Assembly: GCA_937861125.1 (NCBI GenBank)
Contig: CALMAY010000038.1
Span: 126,921-190,920 of the forward strand
Length of the DNA stretch: 64,000 nt
Direction of reading: 5' to 3'
Source: an uncultured bacterium
GTDB taxonomy: Bacteria; Patescibacteriota; Patescibacteriia; Magasanikbacterales; UBA922
Shown: piece by piece, positions 39,172 through 46,688 of the stretch
How positions within the stretch are numbered: the first letter of the stretch is position 1
How the letters are laid out: every line of letters starts with the position of its first letter
The notes under the pieces: generated by a model
Told to the model about the DNA's origin: nothing
Database searches by the model: none
The model's input: only the letters and a program-made list of their open reading frames with translations
Position numbers and translations under genes: made by a program

Positions 39172-39957
39172 ATGCAAAAATTAAACAAAAATTTTCGCTT
39201 CATTTTCGCTTCATTTTTGTTTATTTTTTGTTTTCCCACTTTCGTCTTAGCTGAAACAATCGACGCTGACGGTGACAAACTCTCCGATGAGCTCGAAGCG
39301 ATATATCACACCGATCCAAAAAGTCCAGATACTGATGGTGATGGATATACTGATTATAGAGAAATTTATCACGGGTATTCACCACATGATCCCAAGCGTG
39401 TCAAAATGTCATCTCGAGATGAAGATGATGATGAATTGTCTGATGCGGTAGAGTTTAAACTCAAAACGGATTTTCGTGTAGCGGATACAGATAGAGATGG
39501 TCACTCTGATTTTGAAGAGGTAATGTCAGGATTTAGTCCATTCTCCACTAGTACTGAAGCAACACTGTCACGCAAAATCGTGGTGGACAAGACAATTCAG
39601 CAGATGTATGTCGAAGTTGATGGTGGTGTGCGTGTCAAGACATATCCAGTGTCGACTGGTAATCCGTGGACACCGACGCCAAATGGGACATTTACCATGA
39701 TGAAAAAAGTACCGGTGAAACGGTACGTGGGTGTGGGATATGATTTACCAAATACGAAATGGAATATTCTCTTTAAAGAAGGCGGGTACTATATTCATGG
39801 AGCCTACTGGCACAATGATTTTGGAAAGAGCACACACTCTCATGGGTGTATAAATATGCGTACAGAGGATGCAGAAGTAGTGTATGCTTATTTTAATGAA
39901 GGAGATATGGTTGAAGTAATTGGTGAGACACCAAAGAAGAGGAAAGTAGGGACGTAA
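39172..39957 (+). CDS. L,D-transpeptidase (YkuD) with N-terminal thrombospondin-type-3-like Ca-binding repeats
   Basis: Signal/TM region. Repeats DADGDKLSDELE, DTDGDGYTDYRE, DTDRDGHSDFEE. Catalytic HGCINM motif. Confidence 0.85.
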   Translation: MQKLNKNFRFIFASFLFIFCFPTFVLAETIDADGDKLSDELEAIYHTDPKSPDTDGDGYTDYREIYHGYSPHDPKRVKMSSRDEDDDELSDAVEFKLKTDFRVADTDRDGHSDFEEVMSGFSPFSTSTEATLSRKIVVDKTIQQMYVEVDGGVRVKTYPVSTGNPWTPTPNGTFTMMKKVPVKRYVGVGYDLPNTKWNILFKEGGYYIHGAYWHNDFGKSTHSHGCINMRTEDAEVVYAYFNEGDMVEVIGETPKKRKVGT

Positions 39958-39965
39958 ATTAGTCT

Positions 39966-40003
39966 ATAAAAACAGGAAGACCGATCACGCAAGCGTGTCG
40001 GTC
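39966..40003 (-). terminator. Intrinsic terminator oriented on the minus strand
   Basis: GACCGA-c-ACGC-tt-GCGTG-a-TCGGTC hairpin (39979-40003), followed on the minus strand by TTCCTGTTTTTAT. Confidence 0.55.
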
Positions 40004-40165
40004 ATTCCCTCCTTGGCGTTGATACGGGTGGCCAACCGTATTTGCCGTACCCGTTAGGGTACACTCTTTTCTCCTCTCCTTTCGGAGCCCCTTTATTTCA
40101 AGGGTTATTACTGTCCGTCAATCGGTAGAGCCATATGCTCTCCTTGTGTCGGGTGCCGTAAAAAT
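39966..40165 (-). ncRNA. Candidate structured RNA (unclassified) in the ldt / mutY-like intergenic region
   Basis: 232-nt GC-rich gap with at least five perfect hairpins: GTACCC-taac-GGGTAC, ATACGG...CCGTAT, CCCTT-gaaata-AAGGG, CTCC-gaaa-GGAG, AGAGC-atatg-GCTCT. Minus-oriented terminator. SD-like AAGGAG motifs on the minus strand. Confidence 0.35.
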
Positions 40166-40169
40166 CCTA

Positions 40170-40183
40170 CTCTCTCTCTCTCT
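40170..40183. repeat. (CT)7 dinucleotide microsatellite immediately upstream of the mutY-like start codon
   Basis: CTCTCTCTCTCTCT read directly. It lies between a minus-strand TTGACA (40196-40191) and TAGGAT (40169-40164). Confidence 0.9.
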
Positions 40184-40189
40184 GCTTTT

Positions 40190-41041
40190 ATGTCAAATAA
40201 GCTGTTGATACATAAAATTTTAGCTTGGTATAAAGAAAATCAGCGTGATTTGCCATGGAGAAAGACACACGATCCGTATCGTATTTTGATCTCCGAAGTG
40301 ATGCTCCAGCAGACGCAGGTCAGTCGTGTGATTGAAAAGTATAAAGAGTTTTTGAAAGCGCTTCCAATTGTCCAGGATTTAGCGAAAGCAAAAACAGCCG
40401 ACGTGATTCGTGTATGGAAGGGGCTTGGGTATAATCGTCGAGCATTGTTTTTGCAGCGGACAGCGCAGGCGGTGATGGGGCAATATAATGGGAAGTTTCC
40501 GCAAGATGTTGTGTTACTCAAGAAGTTGCCAGGTATTGGAGAGTACACAGCACGTGCGGTGATGTGTTTTGCGTTTAAACAGAATATGGCAGTACTTGAT
40601 ACCAATCATCGGAAGTTCTATAGTCGAGTCTTTGGTGGTGATTTGAGTGACAAAGAATTACTTATTGAGGCCGATGATTTTATAAATTCTTTTGTTTCTC
40701 CAGTAGGTGTGTATGACTGGAATCAGGCACTGATGGATTTTGTCAGTGCGATTGAGCGGGGAGAGAGTGACAAGACGATCGAGTGGTTTAATAAAACGTA
40801 CCCACCTATTGAAAAGAAAAAGCAAAAATATACAAGGAAACAAACGACACCATTCAAACAGACTGACCGGTATATCCGCGGACAGATCATTGATATGTTG
40901 CGTGAAAGTGGAGTCATGTCTTTTCTTGCCCTCCATAAAAAATTCTCAGAATTCCCAAAAGAGAGGATTGAAAAGGTGGTCGCCAGTCTGCAAAAAGACG
41001 GCTTGATAAAGATGGGGAAACGGGGTATAGTATTACCGTAA
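40190..41041 (+). CDS. HhH-GPD DNA glycosylase, MutY-like N-terminal domain, without Fe-S cluster cysteines
   Basis: WYKENQRDLPWRKTHDPYRILISEVMLQQTQV, LPGIGEYTARAV, VLDTNHRK. Only one Cys in the whole protein. Basic, winged-helix-like C-terminus. Confidence 0.75.
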   Translation: MSNKLLIHKILAWYKENQRDLPWRKTHDPYRILISEVMLQQTQVSRVIEKYKEFLKALPIVQDLAKAKTADVIRVWKGLGYNRRALFLQRTAQAVMGQYNGKFPQDVVLLKKLPGIGEYTARAVMCFAFKQNMAVLDTNHRKFYSRVFGGDLSDKELLIEADDFINSFVSPVGVYDWNQALMDFVSAIERGESDKTIEWFNKTYPPIEKKKQKYTRKQTTPFKQTDRYIRGQIIDMLRESGVMSFLALHKKFSEFPKERIEKVVASLQKDGLIKMGKRGIVLP

Positions 41042-41078
41042 TCAAGACTCATGACTCATATAACACGACACGTGTGTT

Positions 41079-41447
41079 TTGGGTTATGATATATGTGTCA
41101 TGTTTATGTATATCCTTATTCGTTGGCTCATGAGTGCTCTGATGCTCCTCGTTATTGCCGAAGTTGTTCCGGGTATTAGTATTTCTGGATGGTATGCTGC
41201 CATTATTGCAGCACTTGTTTTGGGACTTCTCAATGCACTGGTAAAACCAGTGTTATTATTTTTAACATTTCCTATTACCATCGTGACATTGGGTTTGTTT
41301 GTGTTTGTTATTAATGCATTGCTTTTTTGGTTTGCATCGTCATTTTTGGATGGATTTGCGGTTACTGGATTTTGGGCTGCATTTTTTGGCGCGTTGTTGA
41401 TGAGTGTGTTTTCATCAATTATTTCTCTTAGTACTAAAAGTAAATAA
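41079..41447 (+). CDS. Phage_holin_4_2 (DUF360) family membrane protein
   Basis: LLVIAEVVPGISISGWYAAIIAALVLGLLNALVKPVLLFLTFPITIVTLGLF pattern. Exact start uncertain. Confidence 0.65.
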   Translation: MGYDICVMFMYILIRWLMSALMLLVIAEVVPGISISGWYAAIIAALVLGLLNALVKPVLLFLTFPITIVTLGLFVFVINALLFWFASSFLDGFAVTGFWAAFFGALLMSVFSSIISLSTKSK

Positions 41448-41456
41448 TATTTTTTT

Positions 41457-42152
41457 ATGAAAAAAAGCTCTACCCCAATTATTCTTTCAATCGGTGGTTC
41501 TATTATCATACCAAAAACAGGATTTGATATTGCGTTTCTCAAAAAGTTTCGCTCTCTGATTCTCTCTGAAGTTAAAAAAGGCAAAAAATTTATTTTGGTG
41601 ATTGGTGGTGGCTCTACCTGTCGCACATATCAGGGTGCGCTCAAATCCGTCATCAAGACAACAGATCTTGATCTGGATTGGATGGGCATTCATACCACCA
41701 TTTTTAATGCGCAGTTTGTTCGTGCGTTGTTCAAAGGGTATGCAGACGAGCGTATTGCACTCAACCCGCATGTAGTGCTCAAGAGTAAATTTCCTATTCT
41801 AGTGGCTGCTGGGTGGAAACCAGGATGTAGCACTGATACAGATGCAGTGATGATGGCACAGACATTTGGTGCCAAAGAGTTGATTAACGTGTCAAATATT
41901 GACTATGCATATGACAAGGATCCAAACGTCTATCCAGATGCCAAAAAAATAGAAACAATAGATTGGAAGACGTTCCGCAAAGAGGTTGTTGGTATGACCT
42001 GGACACCAGGAAAAAATACACCATTTGATCCGATTGCGAGTGCAAAAGCAGAAAAGATGAAACTCAAAGTGACGATTATGAATGGGTTAAACTTACTTGA
42101 ACTAAAAAAAGCGATTAATGGAAAAAAGGTACAAGGAACGGTTATTTCGTAA
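41457..42152 (+). CDS. pyrH: UMP kinase, archaeal-type (amino-acid kinase fold)
   Basis: ILSIGGSIIIP, VIGGGSTCRTY, AAGWKPGCSTDTDAVMMA, YDKDPNVYPDAKKIETI. Resembles archaeal PyrH rather than the bacterial long form. Confidence 0.7.
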   Translation: MKKSSTPIILSIGGSIIIPKTGFDIAFLKKFRSLILSEVKKGKKFILVIGGGSTCRTYQGALKSVIKTTDLDLDWMGIHTTIFNAQFVRALFKGYADERIALNPHVVLKSKFPILVAAGWKPGCSTDTDAVMMAQTFGAKELINVSNIDYAYDKDPNVYPDAKKIETIDWKTFRKEVVGMTWTPGKNTPFDPIASAKAEKMKLKVTIMNGLNLLELKKAINGKKVQGTVIS

Positions 42153-42159
42153 AAGAGAA

Positions 42160-42197
42160 AAACAAGATCAGTGTAATGGTCTTGTTTTTTTGTTTTT
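42160..42197 (+). terminator. Intrinsic terminator after pyrH
   Basis: ACAAGA...TCTTGT hairpin followed by TTTTTTTGTTTTTG. Confidence 0.65.
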
Positions 42198-42220
42198 GTC
42201 TGTGATAGAGTAGATAGGCT

Positions 42221-43309
42221 ATGAAAAAATCTTCGTACGAATTATATACCACCACCAAAGAGGCGTGGGATGCAATGTATCGCTCACTACAAACAGCGGA
42301 ACATTCTATTTTTTGGGAGCTGTATATGTTTGTTGATGATGAGGTAGGGCGACCGTTTTTTGATCTGCTGGAAGCCAAGGCGCGTGCTGGTGTAGTCGTT
42401 CGGCTGATTGTAGATTCTTTGGGCAGTTTTTGGCTGTCTCAACAACGTATCAAACGTCTTCGAAATAGTGGTGTTGATATTATCTTGTTTCATGAACGCA
42501 GACATAAATATCGTGGTTTTTGGCGTCGACTCTGGAGTAGGACGCATCGCAAAGTGCTCGTGATCGATGAGTCTGTCGCGTTTGTGGGTGGTGTGAACAT
42601 ACGTAAAGATATGTCTGATTGGCAGGACGTGATGGTACGATTTGAGGGAGATGCTGTCGCACCACTACTTCGCTATTTTGCGCGATCATATATTATCGCT
42701 GGTGGTGATAAAAAACAGGTTCGTGCACTGAAACGATTTCGAGTGACACTTCACCCATTTCGTGATATTCGGGCTATTTTTGATGAGCCGTTGAGAAAAA
42801 AATCATACGCCAAAAAAACGTATGTCAAAGCACTAAAAAAGGCGAAAAAACGAGTTGTCTTTTTTAGTCCTTACTATGTGCCAGATCGTGAGTTTATTGC
42901 AGAGCTCTATAATGCGCGTCGCCGGGGAGTGCGTGTCGATATTTTATTACCGCTTCGTTCTGATTTACGTCTATTGACGTATGTGGCGTACGGGTATATC
43001 GCATTGATGGAAAAAATAGGTGTACATGTGCATCTCACCCCCAAGCAGTTTCATGGTAAAGGGGTGGTGGTTGATGATGAATGGGCAATGGTAGGGAGTA
43101 GTAATATCGATCAGACGAGTTTTCGGGATAATTACGAAGCAAATGTGTCTATTCATAATAAACGCATTGTTTCTCGGTTACGTCGTGCCATTGATGCGTG
43201 GTTGCGTGAATCAATATCTGGCGTAGAACATACCAAAAAGCACGATGGGTGGTTCCATCGTGCCAAAACTCGTATCGCGACATGGCTATATCACCTCTGG
43301 TATCGGTAG
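42221..43309 (+). CDS. Phospholipase D / cardiolipin synthase family protein (two HKD motifs)
   Basis: HRKVLVIDESVAFVGGVN and HGKGVVVDDEWAMVGSSN. Confidence 0.85.
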   Translation: MKKSSYELYTTTKEAWDAMYRSLQTAEHSIFWELYMFVDDEVGRPFFDLLEAKARAGVVVRLIVDSLGSFWLSQQRIKRLRNSGVDIILFHERRHKYRGFWRRLWSRTHRKVLVIDESVAFVGGVNIRKDMSDWQDVMVRFEGDAVAPLLRYFARSYIIAGGDKKQVRALKRFRVTLHPFRDIRAIFDEPLRKKSYAKKTYVKALKKAKKRVVFFSPYYVPDREFIAELYNARRRGVRVDILLPLRSDLRLLTYVAYGYIALMEKIGVHVHLTPKQFHGKGVVVDDEWAMVGSSNIDQTSFRDNYEANVSIHNKRIVSRLRRAIDAWLRESISGVEHTKKHDGWFHRAKTRIATWLYHLWYR

Positions 43310-43741
43310 TCCTTCAATACGATATTCTCGAGTTGTTTCATCAACTGATACACAGTATATATGAATCAGTTTTTTTTCTTGCAATAGTTCCTGTGCTTTT
43401 TCTGGCCATTCGATGATACAGACAGTTCGTGATTCTCCTAAATAGTCTGTAAGACCAATATCAACAAGTTCCTGTGATTCTCGTAATCTATATGTATCTA
43501 CGTGGATAATTGTGTCAATTTCTTGGTCGCTGTCTACACTATATTGTTGCATGAGAGAAAAGGTAGGACTCACTACAGTATCTGGGTGGATACCAAAGTG
43601 TGAGAGAATGCCTTTGGTAAGTGTAGTTTTACCACTTCCCATCTCTCCATGAAGCAGAATAATATCACCACTATGGAGTGATTTGGCGATGGTGTTACCG
43701 AGGTGAAATGTTTGTTCGATGGTGTGGGTGGAGTGTGTCAT
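43286..43741 (-). CDS. tsaE: tRNA t6A37 biosynthesis ATPase TsaE
   Basis: LHGEMGSGKTTLTKG P-loop, SPTFSL motif. ATG 43741 lies 2 nt after the glyA stop. Confidence 0.85.
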   Translation of the reverse strand: MTHSTHTIEQTFHLGNTIAKSLHSGDIILLHGEMGSGKTTLTKGILSHFGIHPDTVVSPTFSLMQQYSVDSDQEIDTIIHVDTYRLRESQELVDIGLTDYLGESRTVCIIEWPEKAQELLQEKKLIHIYCVSVDETTREYRIEGLPIPEVI

Positions 43742-43743
43742 AA

Positions 43744-45018
43744 TTAGTTTGGAAGAGGGAAGTGAGTACATAGTTCTTTTACCTCCGCATGGATACGATC
43801 AAGAGTATCCTCGTCTGTGGCATGTGTCAGTGCGTCATCGATAAAGCGTGCGACGAGTTTCATCTCAGCTTCTTTCATCCCGCGAGTAGTGAGTGCGGGG
43901 GTACCTAGGCGAATACCACTTGGATCAAATGGTTTGCGTGGATCACCTGCAAAGGTGTTTTTATTCACTGTAATACCAGCGCGACTGAGTGCATCGACAC
44001 CTTGTTGGCCTGTGAGTTGTTTGTTTGTTAGATCAATGAGGAGAAGGTGTGTCTCAGTGCCACCAGTGATCAGTCGGTATCCGCGAGCCATGAGCTCATC
44101 TGCGAGGACTTGTGCGTTTTTGACTACTTGGGCAGCGTAGAGTTTGAACTCTGGTTGCATTGCTTCTTTGAGCGCAACAGCAATACCTGCGGTCTGGTGG
44201 TTGTGTGGACCACCTTGGAGTCCTGGGATGATAGCACGATCAATCAATGTTGGGATATTTTCCTTTGTGCGTTCAACTGCGACGAGTGGAGTAGATGGAT
44301 TGCCGTTGGCGAGGATGATCGCACCACGTGGACCACGAAGTGTTTTGTGGGTTGTGCTCGTAACAATATCAGCAATACCAACAGGGGATGGGTGTGCTCC
44401 ACCCGCGACGAGTCCACCAACATGACTCATGTCAGCGAGGTGAAATGCGCCAATTTCCGCAGCGATTTCACTAAAGTCTGCCCATGGATATTGTCGTGGG
44501 TATGCACTCCCACCTGAGACAATCACTTTTGGTTTGTGTTCATGAGCGAGACGACGAACTTCGTCGATGTCGATGTATCCATCTTCTTTGCATCCATATT
44601 GAACACTTTGAAAGAAACGTCCTGAATAGTTGACTTTGAGTCCGTGTGTCATGTGCCCGCCGTGGAAGAGTTTCATGCCCAGAAGTGTCTCTCCTGGTTC
44701 CATCAGGGCGACGTATGCTGCCATGTTGGCTGGTCCACCTGAGTGTGCCTGGACGTTGGCGTGTGTACAGCCAAAAAGTGCTTTAGCGCGGTCACGAGCA
44801 AGGTTTTCTATTTCGTCGACAAATTCACAGCCACCGTAGTAGCGCGCACCTGGGTATCCTTCGGAATATTTGTCTGTCAGACGACTGCCGAGTGCTTCGA
44901 TTACAGCGCCTGAAGTATGGTTTTCACTTGGGATCATCTCAAGTCCGTCTGCTTGGCGGTTGGTTTCTTTTTGGATGAGATCAAAGATATCAGGGTCTTG
45001 TTGGAGTAGATTATTCAT
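43744..45018 (-). CDS. glyA: Serine hydroxymethyltransferase
   Basis: LEMIPSENHTS, YSEGYPGARYYGG, TTHKTLRGPRG (PLP lysine). Confidence 0.95.
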   Translation of the reverse strand: MNNLLQQDPDIFDLIQKETNRQADGLEMIPSENHTSGAVIEALGSRLTDKYSEGYPGARYYGGCEFVDEIENLARDRAKALFGCTHANVQAHSGGPANMAAYVALMEPGETLLGMKLFHGGHMTHGLKVNYSGRFFQSVQYGCKEDGYIDIDEVRRLAHEHKPKVIVSGGSAYPRQYPWADFSEIAAEIGAFHLADMSHVGGLVAGGAHPSPVGIADIVTSTTHKTLRGPRGAIILANGNPSTPLVAVERTKENIPTLIDRAIIPGLQGGPHNHQTAGIAVALKEAMQPEFKLYAAQVVKNAQVLADELMARGYRLITGGTETHLLLIDLTNKQLTGQQGVDALSRAGITVNKNTFAGDPRKPFDPSGIRLGTPALTTRGMKEAEMKLVARFIDDALTHATDEDTLDRIHAEVKELCTHFPLPN

Positions 45019-45057
45019 AGGAATAGAAAAATGAAGCGTATATAGTAAAATTTTTCA

Positions 45058-45109
45058 TGTAACATGTAGCATAAAACATATAGCAATTTATTACATGCTA
45101 CATGTTACA
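45058..45109. repeat. Perfect 15-bp inverted repeat with 22-nt spacer upstream of glyA / downstream of pspC-like gene
   Basis: TGTAACATGTAGCAT (45058-45072) and ATGCTACATGTTACA (45095-45109). Confidence 0.85.
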
Positions 45110-45155
45110 GGCTGCATGTCTATTTAAATTCAAGAGATTCAAAGATCATACATTT

Positions 45156-45344
45156 CTATTTCTTCTCCGGAATAATAAACGCCGCAATAATATAGATAAT
45201 CACAAATGGGAAAATGCCAGTCAGTACTGTGAGAATAATAAACAGGAGGCGCAAGAGTGTTGGGTCGATAGCAAAGTAGTCACCGATACCTGAGAGAACA
45301 CCAGTAACCATCTTGTCTTTTGTGCTGCGATAGAGTTTTTTCAT
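45156..45344 (-). CDS. PspC-domain small membrane protein
   Basis: LYRSTKDKMVTGVLSGIGDYFAIDPTLLRLLFII PspC motif. Confidence 0.8.
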   Translation of the reverse strand: MKKLYRSTKDKMVTGVLSGIGDYFAIDPTLLRLLFIILTVLTGIFPFVIIYIIAAFIIPEKK

Positions 45345-45383
45345 ATTGATGAAAATATAGCCCTAGTGTACCATAGGGGGACT

Positions 45384-46628
45384 ATGCCTCGCAATATCAA
45401 TACAACCCCTCTGGCTGAACGAATGCGTCCGGTGTCTTTTGATGATTTTTTTGGTCAGGAGGAGGTGGTGGGCCAGGGGAAAATGCTGCGAAAACTGGTA
45501 GAAAATGGTGAAATACGCTCAGCGATATTTTGGGGTCCGCCGGGGGTGGGTAAGACGACCTTGGCTCGGGTGATTGCATCAGTTTCTGAAGCTGACTTTG
45601 TCGAGCTCTCAGGAGTCGCAAGTGGCAAGGAGGATCTGATGAAAGCGCTTGATCGAGCAGAGCAAAACAAGCGACTGGGTATTCGTACGGTATTGTTTAT
45701 TGATGAGATTCACCGCTGGAACAAAGCACAACAAGACGCACTGCTGCCATCGGTAGAGCGAGGTATTGTTATTTTGATTGGTGCGACCACTGAGAATCCA
45801 TCTTTTGAAATTATCGGAGCTCTGTTGTCTCGTTCACGCGTGTTTATCCTGCAGGCATTGTCTGAGATACATATTATTGAGATTGTGAAGCGGGCACTTG
45901 CTGATGTCGAGCGTGGATATGGATCAAAGCAGATTGATATTTTAGACGATGCATTGGAATTATTGGCTCAGTTCAGTGGGGGAGATGCACGGGTTGCGCT
46001 GGGTGGACTTGAATTTGCGGTGAGTTCAAAGATTGGTCAGACAAAAAAGAAAATCACACTGACAAAAGAAGATGTCAAAGAGGCGCTACAAAAAACGTAT
46101 CTCACTTTTGATAAAAAAGGCGAAGAGTTTTATAACGCTATATCGGCACTCCATAAGTCCATGCGGGGGAGTGATGTAAATGCAGCGCTGTATTGGCTTG
46201 CACGTATGCTTGAGGGTGGGGCTGATCCGCTCTATATTGCGCGTCGTGTTGTGCGATTTGCGAGTGAAGATATTGGATTGGCAAACAATACCGCGCTGTT
46301 GATTGCAAATGCAGCATTTGACTCTGCACACAAACTCGGATATCCAGAGTGCAATGTCCATCTCGCACATGCAGTGGTCTACTGTGCAAAAGCAGAAAAA
46401 TCAAATGCACTCTATAGTGCATACAACGCAGCGGCAGCAGATGCCAAAGCAACGTCGCATCTCAATGTACCGATTCATCTCCGTAACGCACAAACGAAAT
46501 TGATGAAAGAAATTGGATATGGAAAAGGATACAAGTATAATCCTGACTTTGATGGACTAGTGGAACAAGAATATTTTCCGGATGAACTCAAAGGAAGAAA
46601 TTATTTTGAAGTGAAAAAGAAAAAATAA
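45384..46628 (+). CDS. rarA: Replication-associated recombination protein A (AAA+ ATPase)
   Basis: PLAERMRPVSFDDFFGQ, GPPGVGKTTLA, FIDEIHRWNK, MRGSDVNAALYWLARML. Confidence 0.9.
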   Translation: MPRNINTTPLAERMRPVSFDDFFGQEEVVGQGKMLRKLVENGEIRSAIFWGPPGVGKTTLARVIASVSEADFVELSGVASGKEDLMKALDRAEQNKRLGIRTVLFIDEIHRWNKAQQDALLPSVERGIVILIGATTENPSFEIIGALLSRSRVFILQALSEIHIIEIVKRALADVERGYGSKQIDILDDALELLAQFSGGDARVALGGLEFAVSSKIGQTKKKITLTKEDVKEALQKTYLTFDKKGEEFYNAISALHKSMRGSDVNAALYWLARMLEGGADPLYIARRVVRFASEDIGLANNTALLIANAAFDSAHKLGYPECNVHLAHAVVYCAKAEKSNALYSAYNAAAADAKATSHLNVPIHLRNAQTKLMKEIGYGKGYKYNPDFDGLVEQEYFPDELKGRNYFEVKKKK

Positions 46629-46646
46629 ACACATGTGTATAAAAAA

Positions 46647-46669
46647 TTCATCGCGAGATGAGTTTTTTT
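46647..46669 (+). terminator. Intrinsic terminator after rarA
   Basis: TTCATC-gcga-GATGAG followed by T7. Confidence 0.75.
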
Positions 46670-46671
46670 GT

Positions 46672-46679
46672 GCTATACT
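46672..46679 (+). promoter_or_regulatory. Extended -10 box TGcTATACT, 9 nt upstream of the ABC exporter ATG
   Basis: TG 46671-46672, TATACT 46674-46679, ATG 46689. No SD. Confidence 0.45.
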
Positions 46680-46688
46680 ATGTACACT

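Noticed and set aside
40105-40135. tRNA-like D-arm string GTCAATCGGTAGAGC.
   Set aside because: No matching acceptor stem, anticodon arm or T-arm (GTTCRANYC) can be built around it on either strand.
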